Origin: Chrysomallon squamiferum
Lineage: Eukaryota; Animalia; Mollusca
Reading direction: 5' to 3'
Length of the DNA stretch: 64,000 nucleotides
Assembly: GCA_012295275.1 (NCBI GenBank)
Contig: CM022677.1
Location: 2,356,001 to 2,420,000 of the forward strand
Numbering within the stretch: position 1 is the stretch's first letter; each line of letters opens with the position of its first letter. A program made the position numbers and the translations under genes. Of the stretch, positions 14,667 through 29,482 are shown piece after piece. The notes under the pieces are model-generated. The model had not been told where the DNA came from. It saw nothing but the letters and a program-made list of their open reading frames with translations, and made no database searches.

Positions 14667-15795
14667 GTGTGTTTAAAACTGTATTATAGAGTGATTAATG
14701 TGAATCAAGAGAAAAGTGACACAAAGTAATGAAATAATCAGTCAAGACAAATACATTTATGTCTAAGTACATGAAGATTAACAATGATAAAATATTTTAT
14801 TACAATATATGTATACTGTGTTAGCGTCTGTAAAGATAAAAACTTTAAAACAAGGGTAAATAAATAAATAATAATAACAACAATAAAACAATAAAAACGA
14901 CACAAACACAGAGATACCTAAACTAACATTTACTTTTTATAAATACAATAGGAAATAAAAAAGATACGTACTTAAGTAAGAAAAAAGAGAGTTCCATGTC
15001 GCTGACTCAGGGTTGGATGTAATGTGCTTGCCGCCCATAGGCTAAAGACATTTTACCGCCCCCCTCCTCAAGGCTCAAGTCCCCCTCAGCCTTCCCACTT
15101 AGTTTATATAATATGAATAGTTATGACTTATGATCTAGTTGAAAGTAAAAACCTGGTTTTACATTTACCTAAAGATTTATTTATAAATCTAATGTGAAAA
15201 TACGAGTTTATTGCGCTTTTCAGCCATTGACCTCAATTAAAAATGTCGAAACTATTTTCAATTAAAGATTTCCAGTGACGTAGAAAGATCGGCGTGAAAT
15301 ATAAATATGTCGACTAGACATATCTCAGATCTATCTTGAGAAAAGATCAAACCGAGCGTTAGGCCTATAATTTCCATAAATATTTGTAACTACCGTCAAT
15401 GATTTCACACACACACACAATCACGCACAGTCATACACGGAGTCGGTTTTAAGCCAATATATATGTATATATATATCATGATCATAATCAGTTTAATGTG
15501 AAAAAGTAGTACAATAATTCCTCTAGTACTTCAAATAGTATATTATTTGTTCTAAGAGACAACTCTAGGTGTTACTTAAGAAGCTTTCCGAGACAACTTA
15601 GAAATGTAATATCTGTAATTATCAGCATAATTTTTAATCAACATTATATTACATTACATTATAATACATACATTCACACACACACACATAATAATAATGT
15701 ATCGTTATTCATTAACAATTGTTTTGAGGCTGAGGGAAAGATACCGCACAGGCTGCTACACCGTTTCTATTACCAATGTTATTTATCTTTTAGTA

Positions 15796-15826
<31 letters not shown>

Positions 15827-18592
15827 ATTTATTTATTTATTTATTTACCGCTTTCATTGACAATTTCTCCACAAAAATTAGTTTGTTTAGTGGTGTTCTG
15901 TAATATTATTAAAACAGATTATAATAACAATGCTATTGTCACAGATAGCGATCGCGTTGTATTATTATTGCTATTATTTAAAATTACCATTTACCTTTTC
16001 TTTTAATCGTATTTTGTTTTGTTGCGAAGTCGATTTCTTCTGCTGTAGCAACGATACGATTTCGTTGAATCCAACTTTTTTTTAAATATATTTTCGATCA
16101 TATTTTGTATACACAAGAATGTATATCGCCAAGTATAACAATATATATATAAATATATTTTTTTTCTATGCAAGATTTCGCATCATTGAATGACGTTATA
16201 GGTAATGCTCTGTTACAGTTGTCTCCCTTCACAAAGGTTCTAATTCTTTAGTAATACAAAGTATTTCTAATTGTAATAATGCTTGTGAAACAAATATATA
16301 CCTAATAAAAATTGTTTATGTATTTCAGATTAATAAAATTATTTCTGGAAATAAATAAAACGTCAATTCAAATTTGATAATTTTAATTTATTAATTAAAT
16401 CTGACAGACTTCAACTAAGCGAATTTTAGCAGATTTTGGATGTGTCATTAAAAAAAAAGAATGAAAAAAAAATACTGACATTTTTTCTGGATCACATGAT
16501 GTGCCTCAATCACAATGACAAGACTATTAAAGAATCCACTGTTATCATTAAATATATTCTGTGGATCAAGCTAATAACACCTAACACTATTTAAACAGTG
16601 TTGACATGTAAAAATTATCAAAGTTAATAAATTATCTTTAAAAAACACTACGTTACGTTTGCTCATTTCACTAACAACAGTACGTTATTTTTTATAACAA
16701 ATAATTATTCAGCTATTTCTAATACAGCAGAAATTAAACCGTTAGTTAACCGAGTCAAACCCTGAAAGCGCCAATACAGAAATTATAGCTCGACCAGTTT
16801 ATTTATCATTATTATTACTATGACCTTTGCTGTTGTTGTTACGAGAGGCTGAGAAATACAGTCAAGGTTATGACCGTCTCATTATGTTAAAGTCTGTATA
16901 CAACAACAACAATAAAATTCTTTGTACTTGCAAGTTATTATTTTATGGTTTTGGGGAGACTGTCACGGATCGTAAGAAAACAACAATGACTAAATATTTT
17001 AGACTTCTGTTTTACCCTCTGGCTTGTTATGATGGAGAAGTGATTCTGTTTGATTTTGTATTTTATATTTTAATTAATTAATTTATTTAGTAGTAGTTGT
17101 TGTTCTAGCAGTACAATCAGAAGTTTTATTATGATTACAGTCGAAAGTATAGAAAACTGGAGAATCAGGTGTTTTTTGTTGTTTTTTTGGATATATATTA
17201 TTTCGTCATTACAAACGGTAGAATGATAAAATTAAGTAGTTAATTAATTAATGATTTTTAAAAAAACAAACAAGACAAACATTTCCCCCAAAAAAAAAAA
17301 AAAAGAAGAAAAAAAGAACAACAACAACAACCACAATAATAAATATATAACATTAACAATAAAACTAAATTTACATAATAAATATGACATTTCAGTTCAC
17401 AACTGGATTGGGGTGAAAAACATATACTCTTCAAAAAAGTACGGAACTCTAATAAATTACAATTGCTAAAATTGTTACCCGCGGAGAATGGTTTTGTGAT
17501 AATAACGAATTTTATGTATTCCTCGTTCCAAGTCAAGTTGAAAAAAGCTAAAACATACCCTCGCTCAAGAACGATCTCGCGACCTACAGAAAAAAGGCTG
17601 TCTGTATTACATGTATCCGATCAAGTTCAGAAAACAGTTCAAGCGGCAAAGAAATGAAACAACTGGAGTGTGTACTTGATCGACTGGAGAACGTTATCGC
17701 TTGTTGACGGAATGATTATACTGGAATTAATGATGGAAGTGAAATGAGTAAAGATGAATTCATTGACAGATCTGGCTGGAGAACACATTTTTATATAAAC
17801 AAAGGGCCGTAACTCTTAAAAGCTTATAATTATGTTGACTAAAAATAGTTGAGATTCAGTATTAACTAATGGAAACTTCAGTTCCTGACACAAATGAAGT
17901 CCAATTTTATTTTTTTTACTTCTTATACAAAATGTTAAATGCATTATAAAACATGTTGAAAGTTAAACATGATGAGAAAAAAAATATATTTTAGTAAATT
18001 TTTCATGGTGGGTTAAAGTTAGGTGATTTAATATACATTTATCAAAATGTTTTTTCTTTAGTTTATTTGGAAACATTGTTAAGGTTAGGTGAGTGATAGG
18101 AAATGATTTGGTTAAATTTATTTCAAAACATCCTTAATTTTATCACACTGTTACGAGTGAGGTTTATGCCCAGGGTTAGCTTAAATAGCTGAAAAAGCTG
18201 CAAGACCTGGAAAATCATATGAGGAGTTTCTGAAGTATCGTTAGCATTTTGGTTAGGTTTTGGTTAGGTTTAGGTTAGTCCAACTTTTGTGCAGATTTAA
18301 ATGTCAGTTAACCTGACGCGTGTCTTCATTCAGCACAAACTGAAAATGTATAGATTTTTGGTAAAAATAAATCAGTTCTGAAAGAGAATGTCGTTTTAAC
18401 GAAAACCTTCGAACCTTTTATTTTTAAATGTTTTATATGTCATAGAAATATTTGTTAAATTGGCTTGTCATAGAACGCTAGATCGCATGACGTAATAATA
18501 ATAATAATAATTATTATTATTATTATTATTATTATAGTGGTAGTAGTAGTAGTAAAACAACTATAAGTGCTATTACTTTTGTTTGCATATAC

Positions 18593-18625
<33 letters not shown>

Positions 18626-19385
18626 TAGTATTACTAGTTCTCCTACTACTATTACTACTACTGTTATAGTACTACTACTACTATAAATACTACTGCTAAT
18701 ATCTGTATTAGTTATTACTACTACTCCAACGACAACTATGCTACTGCTTGCTACTACAATTACTACTACTACTAAGAAGAATTGTAATTAATCATGTGTG
18801 AACAGTATGTCAGTAATACACATCATAAGGAACAGTCCGTATAAATAATCAACATCTAAAAAAAATAACACTGCAATTAAATAAAATAACAAAATACCGA
18901 TCTTCAATATATGCTAAAGGGACAATGCTAAAGTAATAAATAAAATAAAATAATCAAATTAAAAAATTCCTTCACGGATATGAAGGATGATCTTTGACCC
19001 CCTCTCATTTACAACGTACAAACAACAACACTTAGTAACTGATATCTCAAAAACGTGACTAGATACTAAACTGCATCCTCACTGGGGATCTGTAAACTCG
19101 TCTTTTAAAGCCCAAAGTTACAAATAATATTTCGTCTTTTCTTTTCTCTGCACGCTCGAGTTAGTTGGAGCAAGGGACTGATTCATTTTAAATAAATGTA
19201 AATGATGTTATACATTAGAGCGGGGCAGAAAAGGAAAGGTCGAAATGACAAAAGAAAATTTCCGACGTTTATGTAGAGTAAGTGAACAGTTTCTCAATAA
19301 AAAAAAAAAGAAAAAAATAAAAATAAAAATTAATACTGAATAACTAAATAACTAACTAACTAAATAAATTTAAAAGAACAAACAA

Positions 19386-19416
<31 letters not shown>

Positions 19417-20360
19417 TTTATTTTGGGTATTAAACTACTTTCCGGATCTAACATATTATAATATAAATTTAATCAAATTTATTTCCCGGTCTAATAGTGG
19501 AAAGTAAGTTCTGATATTAACATTTCTGAAACTAATTTATGTACTAATACTTATCTCGCTCAGTCCATAATCATAACCTACAAGTAATAAAATATATTTA
19601 CATACGTTTGTGTGTGTGTGTGTGTCTTTGTTTATAATTATGTGTGTGCGTGTGAGTGTATGTGTATTATACTCACATAAATTATATATTATTTATTTCT
19701 GTTGTTTCTTTATAAAGTTTGGGGTCTTTATTATATACATCATTATCACGATGAATAACATACTCGAGCGAAAAGGAAGATGTTTTAAGTCACACACACA
19801 CATACACACATATACTCATACAAGCACAACACACAGAAACACATACACGCACAATATACACATATACACACAAACCAAACATAGACATATACAGCATACA
19901 CATATGCGATAAAAAATAATAGAGAACTGTTAGACATAAAAATAAGATAGCATTTAATCAGGTATACGAACTGGCACGTCAGTGTTCATAGTGTACATGT
20001 TCAGCCTCACAGAAGTTTATATTGTATTTGTTTACCGAGGTGAAACATACTTGACCCTGTTTAGTCACGTTTTCAACACACGGAGTCATAAGTGTATTAA
20101 AAGATTAATTCAATACAGATATAGCATAAAACAAACCAGTGTAATATTAGATTTAACTATTATTGTTTTATCAATTATATATTGTTTATTTTATAATCTA
20201 TTTTTATTTCACTCATAAATTTGATTTTTTTTTCTTATTATATCTGACATATTATTAATTATTGTTAATTAATATTTTTATTAAAACAAGACACTCAGAA
20301 ATTAAATTAATATAATGATGAAGATAGCAATATTATTTTACAACTTTGCAAAGAATTTAA

Positions 20361-20430
<70 letters not shown>

Positions 20431-20971
20431 GAAAGTTTTACAGATCTTTGTGTTCAAATTTAAAGTATTTTACAGATTTAAATTTCTCTGGTAGGTATCA
20501 CTTTTAACACACAAAACACACAATAAATAAAATAAATATGGAAGCCACTGTGTCCTTGGGTGTGTGTGTGCGTGTGCTTTCTCACAATTCGAAAAGCAGA
20601 AATAAATAAAATTAAGTTAGAAAAACCCACATTCCAATGTAATATAATAAAATGTATAATGAAAGAAAAAACATTACAAAAATAAATCAATGTTAATATG
20701 TATTTTAGAAGTCTGTGACTTGTAATACATAATGTACAAATACACAAGAACAAACAAACCCAGTCATAAATCTGCAAGCTTTTATGAGATCCACAGTGTA
20801 AAATTATGTGACCAACATTTACAGTGTTATTTAGACACAGGATTTCACTATACAGTTATCTTGCGTAGATGACAAAGATTTAGTGTAACTCAGTTTATTA
20901 AATGTATGCAAATACACAGATCTAAATAAAACCATGTCCTGTATGTAGTAGATTAAAAATATTAATGTAGC

Positions 20972-21031
<60 letters not shown>

Positions 21032-21665
21032 TTGATGATGATTTTATTTTAAAAGATAGAGATTATCTTATTTATATATGCATAAAAGCATTACATTTAG
21101 CTAAATGAAACTACATTAACTTAGATGAAAACTGTAAGTAGTAAATTTTTCTAGATATTATTTTGATTTAGATATAATCTAATATATTTCTACCTATATA
21201 ACATTGTTTTCTGGATTAATGTCCTTAATATTATCATCAACCTAAAATTATTCAAAATGATATGTCTTAGAGATTTCTATATGGTTTAGTTTCAAACTTG
21301 ATAACTGAAATACGCTTTTAAAAATTTCTTTTAAAAAAATCTGTACAGTTATAAATAATCATTATTCATCCATTATGTATGCAAATAGTAAAAAAGTGAA
21401 TTCAAACTTTAGTTCTATAGCCATACATTTTGGCAAACCCTCTTCAAGGATTTCTGTAAGAAATTTACAGAAACAAATTTGATGAATATATTAATATCAT
21501 ATTTATCTTTTATTAAGGATGAGATTTTCTTGGTGTGTGTAAAAATGTAACAAGTTAATTAAGGTTTCTTTATTAATGAAATTGTTGTGAACTGATGATC
21601 ATGTGTATTGTAGAGACATGATTGCTCATCACAGTTTTAAAACTTAAAACTGGTTAATTAATACA

Positions 21666-21730
<65 letters not shown>

Positions 21731-23869
21731 GATAAAATAATAAAAATAATAAAAAAGAAGAAAATATTCCTGCCACCAGTTTCTGGTAACAAAAACAGAA
21801 CATGTTTTTTACTGAAGGAAGTTTTCATAAGTTTTACTTTGAAATATTCATTTCTTTCACATTTAAAACTATAGAACTTAAATTCATCATGAAACACAAC
21901 TGGAAAATTCCACAGGTATAAAACACAACTCTTGTTTTAAATAAGTAAGTCATTTATAATTATGAAGCAATATACAGTAGCACATTATTACAGGGTTAAA
22001 TCAGTTTTGAATGCAGAAACTGTGATGCAACATGATTAATCATGTTAAAATATTTACCATCTGAAAAACCTTGCAAGCTATATCTGAGAAACAGTGATTT
22101 GAAATATACTGTGTTCATTGCAGATTTTATTTTACACCCTCTGAATCAAAAATCTCAGTATTCAGAAAATGATTAATTATTTTAAGCTCATTTCTAGATT
22201 ATATATATATATATAAGAATTTAAATGAATAAAAATATTTTTTAATTAGCATATTTAAATAAGCATCTGTTAACTGGCATATTCATATTAACATTTTCCA
22301 ATTGGTGTATTTATATTTTAAAGTTGAAATTTACTTGTATAAAGCTATGATGTTCTAGTCAGCATATTTAAATTAGCATGTTTCATTAGCATATTTAAAA
22401 TCGGCTTTAAAACTGCACATTAAACCTGAATTGAAATCAGCTACTTTTATTTTCATCTCTACATACACCCCATTTTTTATATTAGACTTTTATTTAATTT
22501 TTATCTGTACATACACCCCATTTTTTATATTAGACTTTTATTTTATTTTTATCTGTACATACACCCCATTTTTTAGTCCTTGAAATTACTTGTTACTGAT
22601 TTTCATATTAACATGGTTTTGTTTCAATAAAATATAAAATTCTAAAATTTGAATGTAATCTGATTTTCTTTGTTTGAGACCTTACCTTCTTTCTGAATAA
22701 CCAGTACACAACATGAAATGTATGAGAGAGATGAAATGAGAGTGAGATACAGAGCAAATGATGTACATACCTTACTACAAAACTAAACTAAATCACATTA
22801 ATTAATTCAATTATCATTAACAGGTGAATTGTCTGCTGAATCATCTCCATGTTCAAGTAGAAGCTGTAAACTTTCATCAGCTTTCACAACCACTCAGGTC
22901 CATCAGCAGCCACATTCAGACTGTGAATCAAATCAGTTTTGTCATACATATGTCTGAGCAGACACAGAAACTCATCTCCCTGCAAACAGAAATGGAACCG
23001 TCCAAACTGATTCAAGTCAAATGACAGAATGGACTCATTTGTTTGTTTTTTACTGGTGAAGAAGCTTAAAATCATTTTATATCTATTTCTTTTTTACTTC
23101 ATGCTTAAACAAAACCAAAATAAATCTTATCATTAAATTAATTACTTATATAAATCAATTATTAATAATTATGTAAATAAAAACAAGAGAAAAATTAAAG
23201 TATTGTGACTGACAGAAAAAATCCATCATAAACAACAACAGAAATACATAAATAAATAAATAACGAAATAAATAAATAAAATAAAAAAATAAAAAAATAA
23301 ATAAAAAAAAAAAAAAAATAAATAAAAAAGTAGTATTAAATAACATGGCTGGTGAAAATGTAGAACTATAAATTAAATTTTGTTATTATGTAGCAATGAT
23401 AAACACTAGATGTTAGTTTTAAATAAATATAAGAATGTTTACATATGCACTGGAAATGAATATTCATTTTGCATTGTTAATTTCCCATAGCTTTTTATTC
23501 TGCCATTTTTTTTAAAACATTTTCATTTGACTTACAATGTGAAAGAAAGAAAGAAATTTGGAGAGAGAGAGAGAGAGAGAGAGCTCTGAAGACAGTGTTC
23601 CTGCAACCAACCAGCTGTCAATCACCTTCTGTAACCAATAATCCATGTGTGATTATCACTGATCCATTTTTTTCTAATCTGTCTTCTAAATACTGATCAG
23701 TATATTCTAAACGTTTATCAGTATGGGCTAACCACTAATCCAATGTTTCAGAGACCAGTTCCCTTGATATTGTCAGTGCTTATTTGAATATCAGTTTTAT
23801 ATTTATATAAATAAATATTTGAACTAGTCAAGTTTTCTGACTACAAACCATAACAATGTGTTGTCTATG

Positions 23870-23926
<57 letters not shown>

Positions 23927-24149
23927 TAAATACTTCAGTGTGGTGTTTTTTATAAGCATCTGAACAAGGAATTCTTGCATACATTCAAATATTGAAAATT
24001 CCATGCAGTGGGTTCAAAGTCACATGGTTTATTGTGAAGATCAGCAAAGAGCTGTTTAGCACAATTGATAATTTAGTTCAGTTAGAGAGAAAATACTTTT
24101 TTTAATACACTGGATAAAAGAAAAACCTGCATAATGCAGTCACCAAAGA

Positions 24150-25410
24150 CAGGAATGACAGCAATCAGCCATGATCTCGAGACATTTTGGCAAACTCTTC
24201 TGCAAGCTCTTTGAAATATGGACGGGTTTCGGCATCCAGCCTGAAAGTTTGTTTTAATAATCCCAAAATATCCTGAGTGATTTCAACCATGTAATTCTGG
24301 ACACACACACACACTCTTACATACACACAAACACATTCAGTCTCTCACATACACACACACCTATACACAAACATACATACATACACACACACCTACACAC
24401 AAACATACATACACACACTCACACACACACACACACTCACACTACATGATGATGTAGACGTAGATGGAGCAGATTGGAGGCTGTGGCAGTCACTCTCCGC
24501 TCTTCAGGAAATGGAGAACTTCGTGGATGTTGTCGTATCGTGTTTGACCAAACATAAACAGTTCCCACACAGTGACTCCTGAACAACAACAACAAAAACA
24601 AATTAAAAATTAGTCACATCCATCAGTTTCAAATTTGTTTACATTCTGTATCAGTGAAAAGCAAGAAAAATTAAGATTCAGTATATCGTTAATGAACCTG
24701 TAATATTAATTTTCATGCTTTAGTATTATTCAAAAATTAGTATTAAAAAATATTAATTTCAAAATGACTCAAAGTAAGAGAAATGTGTTTAGACTGTTTG
24801 CACTTCTAAGTACACTTTATTATATATATTTTTCATTTTACAAACAGCGATTAAAATTGATGCATTTTACATATTCAAATGTCATTTTTGCATAAAAATT
24901 ATAAAAAAAGAGAAAAGATAAACAGAAGGTTATACCATAACTCCAGACATCAGTTTTGTGTGTGAATATTCTGTCCAGAGCTAACCACTTGATTGGCATC
25001 TGAAACATTGAAAAAGAATAAAATCTAGTTTTTCATATATTTTCCAGTTTATAATATATGAAATTTAATCTTTTCAAAATTTCAGCACATCAATGTTCCC
25101 AGTTAATAAAAAAAAAAATGAATTAAGACTATTCCAAGTTTCAGTTTGTAAGTTCCCTGTTAATAAGAAAATTGAATTTCAACTATTCAGAATTTTCAGT
25201 TCTTCAATGTTCCCTATTAATAAGAAAACAGAATTTAAACTTCAATATTTAAAATCTGAATTTGAACAAATTTATCAGTGTTTTTGATTAGTAAGAAATG
25301 TGAATTACTGTTCCACTCACTTTTCCACCAGCAGCTTAGTACTCATTGTAATCAAGAAGTTTAGCTAATCCAAAATTTGTGATCTTCACCTGATTTGTGG
25401 TTTGTACTGT
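24150..25410 (-). pseudogene. EGFR: EGFR/ErbB tyrosine kinase C-lobe exons, copy 1 (four exons)
   Basis: Exons ~25410-25320 (QVKITNFGLAKLLDYNE), 25000-24933 (MPIKWLALDRIFTHKTDVWSYG), 24578-24440 (VTVWELFMFG..YD....LPQPPICSI.VYIIM) and 24242-24150 (LDAETRP.F.ELAEEFAKMSRD). Deletions and stops are present. Confidence 0.85.
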
Positions 25411-25589
25411 ACAAAGATAAAAAAATAAAATAAACATAATGTCAAAATTTTGTTCACAAATTCAGTGATTATTATTATTATTATTATTATTATTATCATT
25501 ATTACTGTTATTATTACTATTACTACTATTATTACTATTATTATTACTGTTATAATTATTATTGTTGTTATTACTACTACTACTACTTG

Positions 25590-25713
25590 TCAGTACAGAA
25601 AGTTCACATTCCAAACAGCCCAAACCAGCCAGAACCAGTTTACTTCCTTGTGTCCAGAAAATGTGGAATTTTTAAAACATGTTCTGAAACTCTGTCAGCC
25701 AATCTTTCAACTG
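25590..25713 (+). mobile_element. Exon of a Sola-type/DUF7869-like transposase (inverted in copy 1)
   Basis: QKVHIPNSPNQPEPVYFLVSRKCGIF.TCSE followed by a GTGAG donor; resembles the QQVHxPxxPxQPGPIYFxTPRKCGIFGVCCE motif recalled for invertebrate DUF7869 proteins. Confidence 0.6.
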
Positions 25714-25910
25714 GTGAGTCAGTAAATCTATTAATTAAATAATTTATAAAATTATTTTGTGTTGTGTATTTGCTTCTTCTTTTTTTTATTACTGTGTAAG
25801 CTATTTATTTATTGTTTAACCTATGTGTCTGTGCTATTTTATGTAATGTTTTTTAATTTATTTAGTCAAACATTTGTGTCTATTTATTTGTTTGAATTAA
25901 AGTTTGGCTC

Positions 25911-26327
25911 TCAGTTTTTCTCTGGTATCAAGATGTTTTTAAATGTAAATTCAATGTTTAATTCATAGAAAATGTTATGTAGCATTAGGTGTTCACAGAA
26001 AAAATGTGGACAGAGAAATAAGAAATGTTTCATGGTTTCAGAAATTCCACAGCTACAGCTTGGTTTTGTGTTTATTTTGTGTTTGAATTTGACTGTGTTT
26101 AGATTGGTGGAGTAGCTGATTCTGAGTCTGGTAAGGTTATGTAGTTTGTTACTAAAATGATTTTGGGTTTTGATGATGAAAGGTGTAACTAATTTTGATT
26201 TTATTTCTTTATTAATATGGCTGACTGTTGTTGAAAAATTAGATTGTTGTGAAAGGTGTGTTTTAAAGGGTTGAGTAGGGACTAGATCCTTGATGAGATG
26301 TTTATTACTGAGAGTGGATTTTAACAC
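25911..26327 (-). mobile_element. 3' fragment of a LINE ORF2 (CR1/L2/Jockey-like C-terminal zinc-binding region)
   Basis: LTRLRI....LN..KFKHKI...PSCSCG.SETMKHFLFLCP.F motif; partial inverted paralogue at ~56150-56480. Confidence 0.7.
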
Positions 26328-26968
26328 AGTATTTTAGTGTGTGTAGTTTTTGTCTGTAGTTTTTGTCTGTATTTGAAGTGTTGTATGTTTTATTCTAACA
26401 CACGACTGTCAGGCAGTGTGATGTTTGGTAAAAGTTTTTACAAGATGTGATTATCTTCTTTATGTGGCTTCCGAAGTTGGCAGTCGAATGTGACTACTAA
26501 ACATTTGAATAATGTTCTTTGTTATTAAATGGTTATCTATTTGTAGTGTTATTTTGCTGTTATCTTTCTTTCTTTTTTCTTTTACTTTATTAGAGAGGAG
26601 GCATGCTGTCTAAGTGAAATCTTTATCTCTCAGTTTAAAGGCTGTCATTCAAGTTGTTTAGGTATTTGATTGTTTACAGACCTGACAGCAGAAATCTACG
26701 AATACTGTAATTACTTTGTTTTTTTATTTACTGATTGGAATTTAGTAAACTTTTGTATTTTATTTTTATTTACTTGTTAAATTATTATTTTTTAAATGTT
26801 TGTTCAATAACAAACAAAAACATACTGCAATATAAAATCAATTAATCTAAGAATTAATACAATATCCTTAAAATTATATTTACTCCTTTAAATATGTTTC
26901 AGAACAGATTTCAGTAAATATCACTTAATCTGTTAGAAAAATTACACATTATTCAAATGAATTCTTAC

Positions 26969-27250
26969 CATGTGCAACAGCAGTCTGTTGATTCTCCCTC
27001 CAAAGTGAAGATTTAGTCTCACATGCAGACAGTATTTTCAAATAACTCACTTTGAATCCTGCAACTGACTCAGACAAAATTAGTCATAATCTTGATAAAA
27101 ATGCTGCAGAAATTGAACTATCCTTTCTCTATCTTCACATGTAAAAGTGTGTGAATTAATTTTCTTCTGCCAGATTTCTTTACTCTCTTGGAGTTACCAT
27201 TCAGTCTGCAATGCTTCAATAAAGCTGTGAGTTTGTTCTGACTAATGCTG
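26969..27250 (-). mobile_element. Upstream exon of the same Sola-type/DUF7869-like transposase (frameshifted)
   Basis: ISQNKLTALLKHCRLNGNSKRVKKSGRR / TFTCEDRERIVQFLQHF / LILSESVAGFKVSYLKILSACETKSSLWRE, ending at a GTAAG donor; paralogue at ~56892-57088. Confidence 0.55.
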
Positions 27251-27796
27251 TAAACAAACAATAAAAGATATAAGCAGACACCCATACCCCCTCACAAACA
27301 CACACACACAGATATTCAAATGTACTCTATAAAAATGAAGGAGAAATTACAAATTAACAGCTGCTTTAAAAGGAAAAATACTAATGAAAAAACCCATACA
27401 AGTTCTCTCTTTTTGTTCATTGGAGTGCTTTGAAGAACTCCCAGAAATATCAAATCTTTTTCAGCAGCAAAAAAAAAAAGATCTGAATTCTTATAATACT
27501 TATACAGGTAAATTATTTGAAATAACTGTCCTAATTCAGATGACAAAATTTATTTGTTATAAAAATCATTTTAACGAGTCTTGTTTATCCAGATAAAATA
27601 TATTACCACTGATTTAAACTTAAAATGTTCTTATTTCCATAGTTAATTCTATCACAGTCTCTAACCTGAATGAATAATATTATTCTAGAAGAACTTACTT
27701 TTTTCTTCTTCTTCTTATGAATATCTATTACTGACATTTTCAACTTGAGAGAAATGTCTTACAAGCTGATGATTATGCACGTTATGTCAGTAAGGA

Positions 27797-28109
27797 CAAG
27801 GCTCGAAATTTGAAAAAATTAAATTAAGGTTTAGTCGCCTAAAAAGTATTTTTTGGATCATCTCTTTTTTTTTTTCTATAAGTTATAACATAAGAGCCAC
27901 TATTAATAATTTTATAGCAAATATTATTCACATAAAAGGTTTGTTCGTAATTCGATAATTTGAAAGTATCGTCTTACCTTAATTTGTCAACATCTAAAAT
28001 GAAATACGAAAATTCTTTATTAATTAAAATAGCCACAAAAATTTAGTCCTATTTATACAAATCTGCTGGTAAGACATTTTCAAACAAACCTTGACAAAAA
28101 TGGAATTAT

Positions 28110-28150
<41 letters not shown>

Positions 28151-28747
28151 TATAAATTTAAAGTATTATACGCTTGGATTTTTCAAAAGAAATAAAAATT
28201 AAAGGAAAGCAACGCGAAATGACAGTGAGTAAAGTTTGGCGTGTGAAAACGAAAAACAATAGCAAATAAAAGGTTTTAGAGTTATCTTGCATGATAACTT
28301 GTTTCCGTTAACCAACCAATAATTATTAACGTAACGGTCTAAAAGTTCGCTAAATTTGTTCGTTGGCTTCACTTTAGCCAATTAAAGGTGGAATTTGTTA
28401 GGAAAAACAATAGCAAACAAATCCTTTCAGAGTTATCGCCTATGATAACTTGTTTCCGTTAACCAACCGATAATCTTTTAACGTACTGTTTGTAAATAAA
28501 TGTTAGCAAATTATGTAAGCCGATATGTCCAACTTATGGAACTATGGGTACTCGTTTTATTTCGATAAAAATAATTCGATAAAATTATTATAAAATTATT
28601 ATCGTCTGTTATAACTTTCAGAAAAAAAACAGGTCACCCAAATAATATTTTTGGGGGCGATTAACCATACTATTTCTAACATCCCAATCGCCTAAACGGA
28701 ACTTTGGTCGCATTTGGTGACCTGGCGACTGGCCATTTCGAGTCCTG
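27797..28747. mobile_element. Probable non-autonomous DNA transposon (MITE, hAT-like) with imperfect 13-bp TIRs
   Basis: Left CAAGGCTCGAAAT (27797); right ATTTCGAGTCCTG (28735-28747, reverse complement CAGGACTCGAAAT). Internal ~155-bp duplication. No TSD found. The copy-2 paralogue (from 57451) lacks the right end. Confidence 0.5.
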
Positions 28748-29449
28748 CATAATTATCTCTCCTGTTAAGAAATCTGTTTGTAATATAAATTGTTATTTTA
28801 ATACTGTTTAAATATTTCAGTCAGAAGATGTGACTAATTGCATCTCAGAAAAATGTCCACAGCTATTGGATTCAAAAGATATAGTGACTACTGAGCTACC
28901 ATATGTAACATTTACTGTAACATTTTCAGATACCCAGTCTCATGATCTTCCAGACGACATAGGACACAGACACCTCTGTCATAGCCGTAACCCAGCATTA
29001 AATTCTCCTAAATATCTCCCCGATATGATAATGAGTTATGTTAACCATAAGTGAGAAAGTTGATCCAGTGATCAATAGAATGTTAGAAGTCGAGTTAAAC
29101 AGACAGAGTAGTAATTTTACATCTCTATAATTAATTCTGAATAGAAGGTGTGGCTGGGATTTGATCTCTAAACCTGTTACTTCAATATTTTTTATTTATT
29201 TATTTTTTTGCGTTTCTATTGCAAAATGATTAATGGCCGATTGCAATTAGTGAGGAAATGTATCAATATATATAGTGTTTCAGGCAAAAGCCAGAAAGTT
29301 ATTGGGTTTTTTTTATATATAATTTTTCTTTTTGTCCTCATGTTTCTGTTTCACTTATACATGTTTTTTTCTCTTTGATCATCTTCCTCCTCCATTTGTG
29401 TTTTTTCTCCTTTTTTTTGGTTTTTTGCCACCAGTTTATTTTTCCTAGG

Positions 29450-29482
<33 letters not shown>

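Noticed and set aside
22800-23800. Exon-like pieces possibly from a P-loop NTPase gene
   Set aside because: Too degenerate; no Walker A motif visible.
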